A stretch of 64,000 bases of DNA from Basidiobolus meristosporus CBS 931.73 (Eukaryota > Fungi > Basidiobolomycota): NCBI GenBank assembly GCA_002104905.1, contig MCFE01000374.1, positions 20,824 through 84,823 on the forward strand. Direction: 5' to 3'. A program made the translations under genes and the position numbers. Under the pieces are notes generated by a model that worked only from the letters and a program-made list of their open reading frames with translations, ran no database searches and was not told the origin of the DNA. This document shows, piece by piece, positions 47,700 through 61,500 of the stretch. Numbering within the stretch: the stretch's first letter is position 1; each line of letters opens with the position of its first letter.

Positions 47700-50530
47700 A
47701 AAGTGATATAATAGCATTACATTGTTGAAGGTTGAACTGTTTGCCCCATGGACAAGACTTCTTTGCTCAATGTTATAAGAGAAGAGAAAAAAGATCATGT
47801 AGCTATTGTGGAAAGCCTCTCAGCCATGAAACACACGGACAGCTTAGTAAGTATTACAAGCATCATGGCCAGTGTTTGGCCACCCAAGTCATATTTGACC
47901 ATTCATTGGTCACCACTGTACCAGCATTATATTGCTGGCCAGTTGATACTTCTGTATTGACACCTGGCTGTATTTGTCACCATGCGCAAACTGAGTCAGG
48001 TGTGTTTGTGACACCCTTAGGCTTACCTCAGCCTGCTGAATATGGCATGCAGAGTGATAGCTCTGACAAAGAAGGTTCACTGATGAATTTTGAGCCTATC
48101 TCCCCTAACAACAGTACCATGTATGAGCCTGGTCAAATCACTATATGCAATGAGACAACACCCTTTGAAACAAATGCCAAGGATAACTTATGGAGCCAAG
48201 TAAGCCCAGTAATCCATCTACTGGTGAATGATGTAAAATTGTGGCTAGAGAAGTGGTGCATTTCCACTAATATCAGTAATGGGGGCTCTGAGGATTTATT
48301 ACTACTTCTTGCCAAAGTCACATCAACTTACCATGTACATGGTACAAGTGGACAACTGTCATGCAGCTGGCAAAATATACCCCAGCCATCAGCAAGATAG
48401 CTGGTTTTCTGGGCATAATGGATGGTATTGCTGTTGAATGTGTGAGATCTAGGGGACTTACTCCATAACTCACACACATTATTATTACCCAAACACCAGC
48501 ACTAAGAACATCAGCTTTCCACAGAGAGAATGTACAGAAGTAAGCATGCAATTGCAGAAAAGTTGGCAAGCTATAAGCCATTGGCCAGAATATGGAAACA
48601 ATTGGAAGCTGGAGGTACTTAAGATAGAGGGTATCTGTTGGAGCAAACGCTTTCCACTGGGAGCAATGCATTTGCTTTTCAACAATATCCCTAAGGTGAT
48701 GAACAAGTTGTACATGGGGCATTTCAAGCAAAATGAGCCCTTTGAGATATCAGAGAAATTTGAAAGAATTGGCAAGATATTACAGAGTGTCTGCTACCCT
48801 AAGTACTTCTCACGGGATCTAATTAATATTCATATACCTATGCAACAATGCAAATTCAAAGACTGGATGAACTGGATATGTATTTATACAAGTGTTGTTC
48901 TGAAGCCATTCCTACCAAGAGTACATTGGGAGTCATATGTGGACATTGTAAGAATACTTATCTAGAAGTGGATCAACAATGCCAACTTGACGCATCTACA
49001 GCTGTTGTGAGAGGAGCTTGTGACGGGATTTGAGCAGCTATACTAAAAACATAAAGCTTAATGTGTAGATCTCTGCCACTACTGTATCCGTTTGTCAATC
49101 CATCTTACTTGGTGTGCTGAGAATATTGGGCCTTGCTTCACCTTTTGGGAGTTTCCTATAGAGTGGATGTGTGGGGAGATAGGAAGACAAGTCAAGTTGC
49201 AGGTACCAATATATGCCAATCTCATCATGAATTTTACCTTCAAGTCAGTTATGAATGTGATGAGCTGACACACAGAGGACAGCCAGAAAGAGTTGGAAAA
49301 TACCAAGGACAAATGTGCACATGGAGACACCTATGCCTATGGCATTATGAAGCTGAGCAGCCCCAATGCGTGGGTAATCAGTTAAGTAATGCAAAGTTGG
49401 GTTGGGTGCAACAAGCAACTAATTGTTATCAGGAAAGATCTACCAAGGTATGCTGCATTTTGTATGGTCACAAGCCAACTTCTGCACCTGTCATGATCAC
49501 ATGACAACCATGAACACCCATGCCAAGTTTCAGCTTCCTAGCTCAATTTCTAAGAGATTCCTTCTGGAACCTTCTACCATCTTCCAGAAAGTTCCTAACC
49601 ATTCCAAACCATTGTTACACAATGGAACATTCCATGGAAGCTTCCCATTGTATTTTTCATAGTCCAATACCATATATGGAGATACCAGGTCACATGACTT
49701 AGTCACATGATCAGGTGACCCAATCCATTTCCCCATCCTGTCTCAGTGCCATGCCTTTTATATGATTATCCCCAGCACTGCTGCTGTGCATCACCCCACA
49801 ACCCCATTAGTATTAGCTAATATCTCTTGGCATCAGTATAGCCAAAAAGTATATATAGTCCTATCCCCCCTTAAGTATTCCTCAGTCTGATAAACACAGG
49901 TCTTGAATAAACAGCCTTGGCTTGGAAATCTGCCTTGCCTTGATGGTCCACACCTAAGTCCTTTCCTGGCATGCCTAGCTTTTCCTCATGCCTTGTGTCT
50001 ATTCATAACAACACCATCCAATACAGAATTCTCACAAACAAAAGCCAGTGCACACCTATAAGGGGGACTATAATCCAGCAGGGAGAAGGAATATATTTGC
50101 TAAATACCAGCAAGTTTGTTGCAGATATTCAGGAGGTATTCATGGCAGAAGTGGCAACCACCAAACATATGTTTGCAAGATGTATATGTTACCAGCAGTA
50201 CAAGGTATATGGCAACTTTGCAAGCATCACACCAAAAAGCCATAAAGCTGAGGTGATAGAAATATGTCAATTGTGGCAGGTGTGTGTGTTTGTAAAGGTT
50301 AGTAAGCAGGAGGCTATAGTTTTTTTTGATTCAAACTATATGTGGAATACCCAAGGTAGTAGTGGTAAGCAAATAAAGAGGGGTGATTCTACATTAGAAC
50401 ATATGAATTGCACAAGGGGAGGTAGAAAAAGGAAATACCATTTGGTAAATTGGTATGGTAGCATTATACAGAACTAGTGGTAGGCTGTCATACTGCCAAT
50501 ATATTGCCATCAGAGTCTCACTGTGGGGCC
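47700..50530 (+). mobile_element. Degenerate CACTA/EnSpm element copy
   Basis: Cys-rich N-terminus, GHNG..CC..C.I.G, GAMHLLFNNIPKV, KFKDWMNWICIYTSVVLKPFLP; internal deletion of the WP..LNLP core. Confidence 0.75.
49489..50010 (+). mobile_element. Solo LTR (~522 bp), family D
   Basis: TGTCATGA...TCATAACA ends, TSD GCACC/ACACC. Confidence 0.8.
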
Positions 50531-50532
50531 GT

Positions 50533-51603
50533 TGTAGTGGGGTGACAGTGACACCCTCTGACAGATGTGCTCATTCCCTTATTTTCTACTTCCCTATATC
50601 TCTACTACACTTATTTTAGTTTTATCCCATTTGTCTTACCCAATCAGTACTATCCCATAAGCCGGTTGACTATCACACCTGCTTACCTTATTGCATAAGT
50701 TACCCCTCACTTTATGTAAGATTACTATCTATAAGTACTTCTATATTAGGCAAGTAACCGCGCCAGTACCCGTGACACATGATCAACCCGTGTCACCATC
50801 CCTACCATTTCCATACTATATATGGCATCCCCATGTTACACAGGTTTCAGAATACTGATTCCTGATTGGTTGGATGTGCTGTGCCTCTTAGAACCTTCTG
50901 GCACCTACTTAGAACATTCTTAGGTCATTCTGATGTCATTAAGATTTCTATTGATATCCGGAACCTTCTGGAACACCATGATTAGTAATTACTTAGCCGG
51001 TAAGAAAAGTACATAAGGGAGGCTATCCCTCAACAATAAATCATCATCCCTTTTATCAATATACCAACTTGTTGATTAGTGTGATCACTGCTACCTGCTG
51101 CTACCTGAACTTCCAACCCCAGACCACAGGACACTCCCAGGAAACCACACTGACAGCCAACTGACCTTGGAGGCACTACTTGTGAGGAATACTCAGAGTA
51201 GGTATCTTTTATTATATTTGATTCTTTCCCAAGTTTGTTCTTGTACAGGCAAAAATACTTTTCTGTCTTTGTAACTATTGACCACAGCTGCATTCTTATC
51301 AAGTCCCTGCTGGTGGAGTTTACAGTTGTTTTGACTTAGGAAGCTTTAGTACATTGTCATCTCAAAGGACGCTGAACCCAGCACATACTTTTGTTAAGAC
51401 ACCAACTAAGTTGGGGATTGTAGCTCAATAGTTTTCCCTTCACAAGCTTGTGGCTTTATTCCCCTTCACATTAGATTAGAGACAGAACCCAAGTATTCCT
51501 AGCAAGCTTTTGCCAGAGGTTATTGCACCCAGTGAACATCCCACACACAAAACACTTGAGAAGCGTTGGACATATCTCTACCTTGGACCTATACACCACC
51601 ACA
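50533..51603 (+). mobile_element. Solo LTR (~1071 bp), family C
   Basis: Colinear with 46365-47440; 4-bp TSD CCGT/CCAT. Confidence 0.8.
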
Positions 51604-51677
51604 CCATCAATATACCATCAAAATACTGTCAAGTTTCTTGTCAAATAAGGCAATTGGATGTCCAGGTCAACTGGATC

Positions 51678-52204
51678 TGTTATGAATAGACACAAGGCAG
51701 GAGAGTAGGGCTAGGTAAGGCAGGACCTGGAAAGGACTTAGGTGTGGATCAACAAGGCAAGGCAGATTTCCAAGCCAAGGCTGTTTATTCAAGACCTGTG
51801 TTTATCAAACTGAGGAATACTTAAGGGGGGATAGGACTATATATACTTTTTGGCTATACTAATGCCAAGAGATATTAGCTAATACTAATGGGGTTGTGGG
51901 GTGACACAGTAGCAGTGCTGGGGATAATCATATAAAAGGCAAGGCACTAAGACAGGATGGGGAAATGGATTGGGTCACCTGAACATGTGACTAAGTCATG
52001 TGACCTGGTATCTCCATATATGGTGTTGGACTATGAAAAATACAATGGGAAGCTTCCATGGAATGTTTAATTGTATAACAATGGTTTGGAATGGTCAGGA
52101 ACTTTCTGGAAGGTGGTAGAAGGTTCCAGGAGGAATCTCTCAGAAATTGAGCTAGGAAGCTGAAACTTGGCATGGGTGTTCATGGTTGTTATGTGATCAT
52201 GGCA
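51678..52204 (-). mobile_element. Solo LTR (~527 bp), family D, inverted
   Basis: Reverse complement of 49489-50010; perfect TSD GGATC. Confidence 0.85.
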
Positions 52205-52541
52205 GGATCCACTTAAAGTAGTTACAGGGCGCAAAACATTGCAACAATACCATGGAAATATTGTCAGAGCATCAATAAAAATTGTCAAGATTTATCCCTT
52301 TATTTGGTTGTAAAATTTGCAAAACACCGTCATGATCCTGCCCTAATATTGCTAGGAGGGTCACTAATTCCAAGCTCCTGGTATTATGATGGTCTCTAAA
52401 TGGGATCCTGATGGCTGATCCTGAATGGATACACCCTCAGGACCAAATTATTTTCATAGGGTAGGGTGGCAACTGATTTGGTAAAGTCTTCCTCTGGCAA
52501 TCATTCAATAATGATCAATTTTTTTGCAACTCAGGATAGTA

Positions 52542-53273
52542 GACTTGTTCCGTTGGATAGTGCCACATTGAACTATGAGTGCCAAATAGTGCTAATGCAT
52601 GCCAGAGAGACATAGCAGACCTAAACTTGGCCCTAGAGTGTGAAACATAGCTCTGCATCTTCATGCAAAGCAGCCCCTGTGCTTCACCCTTTGTGTTGGA
52701 GAAAATCCATTTTTTGATCTTTTTTTTTGGATCAGTGTTGTGCAGGATGTGTAAGAGGACAGAAGGGCTGAAGACATGCATATGGTACTCAATACACATG
52801 GCACTCTGAATCTAGCTCCTGTAGCTTGTATCATGTCACAAAAATGAATGACACTATCTTGGTCCACTGGGACTATCTGGCACTATAAGTGCTTTGTATA
52901 GGTCTTACTTTAGGGCTAATATTTAAATATAGTGCCAGATAGTACCAGTGGACTAAGATAGTGTCATTCATTTTTGTGACATGATACAAGCTACAGGAGC
53001 TAGATTCAGAGTGCCATGTGTATTGAGTACCAGATGCATGTCTTCAATTCATCTGTGCTCTTACACATCATGCCCAATATTGATCCAAAAAAAAAGGTCA
53101 AAAAATGGATTCTTTCCAACACAAAGGGTGAAGCACAGGGGCTGCTTTGCATGAAGATGCAGAGCTATGTTTTACACTCCGTGACCAAGTTTAGGCTCAC
53201 TTGGCCCCCCTGGCACACTATGGCATCAATTGGCACTCATGACTCAATGTGGCACTATCTACCGGAACAAATC
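52542..53273. mobile_element. Non-autonomous foldback/MITE-like element: two 346-bp inverted arms, 40-bp spacer, TA flanks
   Basis: Arms 52542-52887 and 52928-53273; TA|GACTTGTTCC...GGAACAAATC|TA. Confidence 0.9.
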
Positions 53274-54015
53274 TAGTATCTTACACAAAAGCTCATCTAA
53301 GAATCAGTTGAGGTCATTTGAAAGCATATAGTAATATACTCTATTGTAGATCTGGACCCACATTTGCTAGATTATGCAACTTACTTCAGTAGTTGTAGAG
53401 CACCAGCATACTCTATTTCTTGACATATTTATATATTAGCTTGATGGACTCTCCATCATTACTAGCATGAGTAGGTGCTGAATGATTCTTTGGAAGGCAA
53501 GGCCTTCTTCTCCACAGGAATGTCCTCTTGAACATAGTCCTTTTGGCAGCAGTAGTCATCTTTAACCTTTGCAGAGCAATGGTGTGGAACGTTGTTCTCC
53601 AGACTAGCAGAAAAGGATACAATGCAAAGTAGACACCAAGAGGACACCATGCTTGGGGCTCATAACCAGTTGCAATATTATAACAACTATTGGAAGTAAT
53701 GTTGAGCACTAGTGGATTTGCAGATTATTCACTTGCAAATTTATTAATCAAAGTATGGTATTTATACTTGTGATAAAGTAGAGCAAACAAATTTATTAAT
53801 ATTGCTCAAGAAGGTCCCAAGAATATATTGGCAATGTCTGGTAGCTTTTGGAATACCTTGAAAAAGAGAATAATCTGGGTATCAGATAACTTGGTGAAAA
53901 TATTCTTAGTACATCCAAACAAGAAATTAGGTCAGGACAGAATGCTAATCATAGAATAAGAGCTATGTGACTCAGTTAGCATAAGTATTTATGTGACAAC
54001 TTAATAATTACAACA

Positions 54016-55595
54016 CATTGTGCCCAGAAAAGCTGTCTATTTTGCTGATGGCTGGGGTATCTCATATGAAGATAATAATATGCACTTTGATATGATATCC
54101 ATTTGAAGTTATCCCACTGGAAAGCATACAAAATTCATCCAGCAGTGAATACAGGTGATTATCCAGGTTGGAAAGTGATTTAGGCTCAGATACCAGTGCG
54201 ACTACCATCAGATCTCTGCTCTGATACCGTACGATATGTGGCAGATTCAGGTTAATAAGAATCAATGGCCAGCAGGATTTGCTGGTTAGGTACTTGTTGA
54301 ATGAGGAATCTATCAAGTTCCAAGGCAAAGGCATGGTCATACATACCTTCAAATTAGCCCTTGCTTCTTAGCTGTTTGCAATGTTTGCTATCACACATAT
54401 TAGATATGTTTGCACTTGATTAATACTAAGTGTGGTACCTTATAGCTTCACAATATTTGTTAGATTGTATGAGATTCTTTAGACAGGGTATTGCCAATAT
54501 ATATATGGGGTGCAAACAAAGTTTTCACCATACGGTGGTGGATTCCTGACAAGTTGGACACCTTGCAATGATGTCATTTTCCGATGTGTGCTGAATCAGG
54601 TGAGTTTGTGGAACCTTTAGGCTCACCTTAGCTTCAGAATATGCCATGCAGAGTAATAGTCTGACAAAGAATATTCACTCATGGATTGTGAGCCTATATC
54701 CTCTAAGAATAGTAACCTTCATGAGCCTGGCAAAATCCCAATATGCACAGAGTTAACACCCAAAGAAAGATATGCTGAAGATACATTATGGAGCCAAGTG
54801 AGCCCAGTAATATATCTAATGTTAAATGATGAGATGTTGTGGCTAGAAAAATGGCATGCTTCCACATATAACAGTACTTGGGGCTTTGAGGATATACTAC
54901 TACTTCTTGCCAAAATCATTCTGGGAGGCAACTTACCTTATACATGGCACAAACAGACAACCATTATGTGGCTGGCAACATATGACCCAAAGACTGTCTT
55001 GATATCTACATGCATTGGCAGTTACATGGCATTCACATAAGAATTTGTCACCATTACAAGGTATCCAACTTGTCAGAAACTCACCACCATAGGAGGAAAG
55101 CATTTCCCACACTGCAGATATATCCCAGTAATACCCCATCTGAAGAAGCTCATTCAGTCCAACAAATAGTGTGAAGCAATAAAGAACTGCATCCAGCCAG
55201 TACATCCAATTGCCTTATATGGCAAAAACCTGACTGTATTTTGAAGGACTCATTGCAAGTCTCTGATGTCATTTTCAAGGCAGAATGGCAGCCTACAGCT
55301 AGTTCTGTATAATGCCACTATACCAATTGTCCAAATGGTTTTTTCTTTTCTACCTCCCCTTGTGCAATTCATATTTTTGATTGTAGAAACACCCCTCCTT
55401 ATTTGCTTACCCACTATTACCTTGAATGTTCCATATATAGCTTGAATCAATCAATCAATTTTCTCAGCATGCCAAGTAAGATGAAGTAGCAAATGGATAC
55501 AGTAGTGGCAGAGATCTACATGTTCTGCTTTATGTTTTCAGTATAGCCACTCAAATCACATCACACACTCTTTTCACAAAAGCTGTAGATGCATG
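54016..55595. mobile_element. CACTA/EnSpm fragments (Tnp2 core on the minus strand 54062-54352; rearranged copy 54590-55590)
   Basis: SCWPLILINLNLPHIVRY...EPKSLSNLDNHLYSLLDEFCML is the Transposase_21 core motif. Confidence 0.8.
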
Positions 55596-55599
55596 AACC

Positions 55600-58500
55600 C
55601 TATAAAAAATCTTAAACTTGGAATTCATCCAATTTTTAGCTGATATTCTGCTGGTATATGTTGCAATTTAAGAAGTGATTTGGATATAAGGAACTTATCA
55701 AGAAATAGTGATAATAGTTGAACTGTTATTTATTCATAAAGAAGCTCAGTATTTATACCTTTGTAGAAGTAATACAGCTGTAACACTAAGTAAGGAGGGT
55801 TTCTCAGTATTCAGGAGCATTCTGTAAGAGTTTCAAGGTTAGTACATAATGTTTGGTAATAGTGTTAATTTGATCCTGACTTTAGGGGAATAATCATAAG
55901 ATCATATATCTGGAGAAAGTGGCAAAGTTAAGACAGTAAATGAGTCCTACAGTGACTAAGACTAGTCTAGAATTGTTAAGTAAATTTTTAGCTGCTGAAT
56001 GATACCCAATAGTCCAATATTTCAACACTCCCCCTCTACTAAATAATTTCTTAATCCCAATTTCTCTCTAAGGATCTCAAACTGTGGCCTAGCTAGTGGT
56101 TTTATCAATATGTCTGCCACCATTTTGTCAGTTGGGCAGTAAACTAACTCTACTAAGTTATTTTCTACAGCTTCCCTCACAAAGTGATGCTGTATATCAA
56201 TGTGCTTAGTTCTGGCATGATTGATAGGATTTCTAGCTAATGATATACAACTTTGATTATCCTTGTAATACATGTTGGTTCATCTGAGTTAAAACCTAAG
56301 TCTTTGAATAATTTTTGTAGCCATACAGCCTCCTTAGTTGCTTGACATGCAGCCATACATTTGTCTTCAGTTGTAGATAGTGCCACAGTTGGTTGTTTCT
56401 TGCAATTCCAAGTAATAGCTGCACCAGCATAGAGAAATATATAGCCTGTGGTAGAGCGTCTGTCAATCAGATCCCTACCCCAATCTGAATCACTATAACC
56501 ATCAAATTTTTGCCTATTAGCTGCTCCAGAGTATTCCAGTACCATATTTATGGTACCTTGTAGATATCTGAAAATTTGCTTAACTGCTGCAACTTGATCT
56601 GATCCATAATTCTGCATGAATTGACTGACTATTCCAACTGCCACTGCAATATGTGGACATCCATACACCATCAAGTACATTAGGCTACCAACCATTGATT
56701 GATAGGGATGTTATGATCTGCCCCTTGAATGTTTGAGTTAGATCAGTTTTTAGTCAAATCAATTAGTATATGTTTAGGTTATCAGTATATCAGTATTATC
56801 TATGAAATCAGTAGCATTAGTCAGCAAATGAATCAGCAGACCCTTATCGGACAGAAATAGATATATTAAGTAGGATCTTATTGGGTGATGATGATGCAAT
56901 CAAATGAGTCATCAGCCACAACCTACATTAGGAAATATAATTAGTCAGCAATTGATCTGGTAAAATGTATATAAGGAGCTGCTGGAACCTCAATAAAAAT
57001 CAGTTCAAGTTTTAGTGAATACAATACTAGCTAAACTCCCTATTCCTCTACAACTCTTATACCAAGACTTGTAACATTGGTAGCAGCAATAACCAGAAAC
57101 CTCCCTCCTGAAGAAAGAAGAAACCACCCTCAAGATGTTGGACAATCAAGAATGGAAGAATGCCATGCAGCAAGTCCTGGCCCAACTGCAACAGTTACTC
57201 CGGATCCTCAGCCAACAGCAACAAAGAATGACTACCATGGCTCAGAGCCAGCAAAGCCCTGTCAAGAGCAACTTTAGTGTGAAGGTCAACCGGTACCATG
57301 GCAGAGTCAATGAAAACCTGGGAACTTGGCTGTTTCAGATTGAAGAAGCTTTTCAAGCTAAAGGAATTGCTCCAGAGAGCAAGTTGCATTATGCAGCTTC
57401 TTACCTGGCAGATGCAGCTTTACAGTGGTACCACAACAAGCCCAGGTTGGCCACTATGATGGGATGCGCTACAATCTCTACCTGGGATGAGTTTGTGTCG
57501 GAAATTCAGGATGCTTTTGAACCTCCACACCAGCAGACACTACTAAGAAGGAAGTTAAAGACACTCAGACAGAAAGGAATGGTGCAAGAATACATCTATG
57601 AGTACAGATGTCTACTTGGACAAATTGAAAGAATGGACCCCTTGGATCAAGTTGAATACTTTATTGATGGGTTGAAAGAAAGAACTTGCAAGGAAGTGAA
57701 ATACCAAAGACCTCAGACTATTGAAGAAGCCATCAAGATTGCCATTGACTATGACCCAGCTATGTTTGGAGTTGGGAAGCCTACAGTGACTAATCAGAAA
57801 GGCTATAATCATTATGAAAGAAGACAATCAGAAGCAGTACCAATGGAAATAGACGCTATGCAGAAGAATCCCTCCTCAGAAGAATGCAAGAAGAGAGGAC
57901 TTTGCTTCAATTGCCATCAGCAGGGACATATTGCAAAGTACTGCCCTCAGAGAAGAAGTGGACACCAGCCAATAAGAACCTTCAACCATATTGAGTCCCA
58001 TGAACACAGTAATGTGGAAGATGAGCTTGAAGAAGACTTGGAACTCACCTTCCATATGACAGAAGAGTACTTGTCCCAAATGACTTCAAACTCAGGGAAG
58101 TTATTGTACTTGAATGGAGTAATCAATGGAGTACCTGCCAAGATCATGATTGACTCAGGAGCATTGCATGAGTACATGTCAGAGCAATTTGCTTTGAAAG
58201 CTGGAATCAACTCGGAACCTACCAAATCAACTTCAGTCTCCACAGCTGATGGGAACTCCCACATAATCAACCGTATTACCCAGCCAGTAAGAATGAAGAT
58301 CAATGACTATGAAGAAGACCTACAGGCTTATATATTTGGGAACTGCAAGTTTGACCTTGTACTTGGAAAAACCTGGCTATTTTGTTGTAATCCATCAATG
58401 AACTGGAGAACCCATGCTACTCAGATCCAAAAAGACAACAAGACCTATGAGCTATTACCTGCCAGGCTGGATTTCAACTTGGTCAGTCCCAGTGTGTGTG

Positions 58501-61500
58501 AGACAAGTGAACTTAGCAAGACCCAGTTCTGTAGTGCACTTAGAAAAGGTACCAAGATGTTCCTCATGGCGGTATTGCAGGAGGATTCCTCTACCCCAGC
58601 ACCCCAGCAGGTCCAGACTCTCTTGAAGAAATATTCAGATGTGTTTCCAGATGAGCTTGTAAGCCAACCACCAGTCAGAGACGTGGATCATGCCATTGAC
58701 ACAGGAGATAGCCCTCCAGTGAGCAAGACACCTTACAGAATGAGTCCATTGGAATTGGAGGAAATGAAGAGACAAATTGATCAGCTATTGGAGCAAGGAT
58801 ACATCAGGCCCAGCAAGTCACCCTGTGGAGCACCAGTGCTTTTTGTGAAAAAGAAGGAAGGGACACTTAGGATGTGCATTGACTACAGAGCCCTGAACTC
58901 AGTTACTGTCAAGAATAAGTACCCCATACCATGGATTGATGAGCTTTTGGACCAACTTAATGGAGCCACTATTTTCAGCAAGATTGACCTCATGTCAGGA
59001 TAAAACCATATTAGGGTGAAACCAGAAGATATTCCTAAGACAGCATTTGGGACCAGATATGGACATTACGAGTACTTAGTCATGAGTTTTGGTCTCACCA
59101 ATGCCCCTGCAACTTTCATGACCCTGATGCAGACTGTCTTCCAGGAGTACTTTGACAAGTTTGTCATAATCTACCTAGATGATATACTGATATACAGCAA
59201 GACAGAAGAGGATCACTTGGTGCACATTGAAAAGGTCTTGAAGAAGCTAAGAGAGAACAAGCTTTATGGCAAGCTATTCAAGTGTGAATTCTTTAAGGAA
59301 CACGTAAAATATCTGGGACACATAGTGACTAGCACAGGAGTAACCTTAGACCCCAAAAAGGTGGAAGTAATCAAGAATTTGAAGCAGCCCCATATCATAT
59401 CAGAACTCAGATCCTTCCTTGGAATGGTTTCCTATTATTGGAGATTTGTCAAGTCATTTGCAAGTATTGCAGCCTCTTTAACTGATATCCTCAAGAAAGA
59501 CAATACCTACAAGTGGGACATAGCTTGTGAGACTGCCTTCCAGACGCTCAAGAATGAACTTGCTAAGCTGCCAAGCTTAAGAATACCAGACTTCAGAAAA
59601 GAGTTCACTCTATGCACAGATGCTTCTGATTATGCAATTGGTGGAGTGCTGAGCCAAGAACACAAGGGAAAGGACTACCCTGTTGCCTTTGAATCCAAGA
59701 AACTGAACTCAGCAGAACAAAACTATCCAGTCCATGAGAAGGAGATGCCTGCTATAATACACTGTTTGAAGACATGGAGATGCTATATCAAAGGAGTCAA
59801 ATGCACTGTGAAGACCAATCATGCCTCCCTCAAGTATATATTTACTCAGAAGGTACTCTCTCAAAGAATGACAAGATGGAGTGAATACATTCAGCAATTT
59901 GACCTGGAGATTGTCTACTGCCCTGGAAAAACCAACATGGCTGCTGATGCCTTATCAAGATTAGATCAAGTTGCACAACTCAACTTGGTGCATGAATCAG
60001 ATTGGCCTAGCCTATTACCAAAGTACTTGGAGGACCAAGCCATTCCTAATGAGGTGGATGAAGATATCAAGAAGATAATCCATGATGAAGCCAGCAAATT
60101 TGTTGTACAGGATGAAACACTCTACCAAATTGTTGATGGAAGCCCTATTGCCTATTGTCCTTATGTTGCTTGCCTGGATTTAATACATAAGCTACACAAT
60201 GGATATGGACATCTTGGGATTGAAGGAACCTATAGCCTTGTGAAAGCCAGAGCATGGTGGCCCAGAATGAAACAAGACATTGACAAGCTAGTAAAAACAT
60301 GCCCAAACTGCCAAATCAATCAAGGCCAGCCACAAAGAATTGCCAAACTCTTCCCTTTGGAGCCTGTAAGACCATTTGAGAGATGGGGAATTGACTTTAT
60401 TGGAAGACTGCCAACTACTAGGAAATGCAACCGATGGATCCTAGTAGCAATTGACCATGCCACTAAATGGCCAGTTGCTAAAGCTGTACCAGTAGCCAGT
60501 GAACAAGAAGTTGCAAGTTTCTTTTACCATGAGATCCTGATGAAGTTTGGATGCCCTGTGGAGATCTTATCTAGTAGAGGTGCAAACTTTATGGCAAAGA
60601 CATTAGAGGCTTACCTGGAAATGCAGCAGATCAGACACTTGAAAACCTTGGCATATCACCCCAGAACTAATGGAATCACTGAGCGGTTTAATGGATTATT
60701 TGGAAAAATGCTGACCAAGTATGCAAATGGAGTTGTCAGTGGATGGGATGAGTATATAGACCAAGCACTCTTTGCATGCAGAGTCAGAGTACACAACACC
60801 ACCCAGCAATCACCATTTTACTTGGTTTATGGATGTGAACCAAGGATTCCAGGAGATCTCACACAACCAAAACTTACAGACACCCTAGAAGATGAACTCA
60901 GTCAGCCAGGTAGACACCAGCAACTGGAACAAAGACGTCAAGAGGCACAGACCAAAGTATTTCAAAGTGCAGAAAAGATGAAGCAGAGATTTGATAAGAC
61001 TATAACACCAGAAGCATTGACAGTTGGGAACTTTGTATTGCTAAGAAACAACACTCGGAAGAAGTTTGAGCCACAATGGACAGGACCATTCAAGATCATC
61101 AGAGAATGTCCATTTGCAACTTACCAACTGGTGGACAAACCAGGCAATATCCGGGAAAACTTAGTGCATAGGGACAGACTCAAGGTTGCAAGACTTGCAG
61201 ATAATACTGAACCATCAAGATATTGGTATCACAAGAAAAGAGATTCAGGAGAACCCTCTCAACTTTAGTAGGGGAGAATGTTATGATTTGCTGCTTGAAT
61301 GTTTAATTTAGATCAGTTTTTAGTCAAATCAATAAGTATATATTTAGGTTATCAGTATATCAGTATTATCTATGAAATCAGTAGCATTAGTCAGCAAATG
61401 AATCAGCAGACCCTTATCAGACAGAAATAGATATATTAAGTAGGATCTTATTGGATGATGATGATGCAATCAAATGAGTCATCAGCCACAACCTACATTA

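Larger units (their letters stand above)
41656..54015 (-). mobile_element. Ty1/copia element inflated to 12.4 kb by nested insertions: 5' LTR 53668-54015, PBS 53656-53667, 3' LTR 41656-42004
   Basis: Perfect TSD CATTG (41651-55 and 54016-20); PBS GGTTATGAGCCC; PPT GAGTGGGAG at the 3' LTR; gag remnant near 53500-53650; flanks rejoin the CACTA sequence. Confidence 0.85.

Noticed and set aside
46365-51603. Possible single LTR element carrying a CACTA cargo
   Set aside because: Each repeat has its own TSD and there is no PBS or PPT; they are independent solo LTRs.
52515-53276. Paired ORFs MCIEY... (94 and 86 aa)
   Set aside because: Chance frames within the inverted arms; no protein motif.
59001-59003. 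Programmed readthrough in gypsy pol
   Set aside because: The stop replaces a conserved Tyr inside RT, not at the gag/pol junction; a nonsense mutation is more likely.
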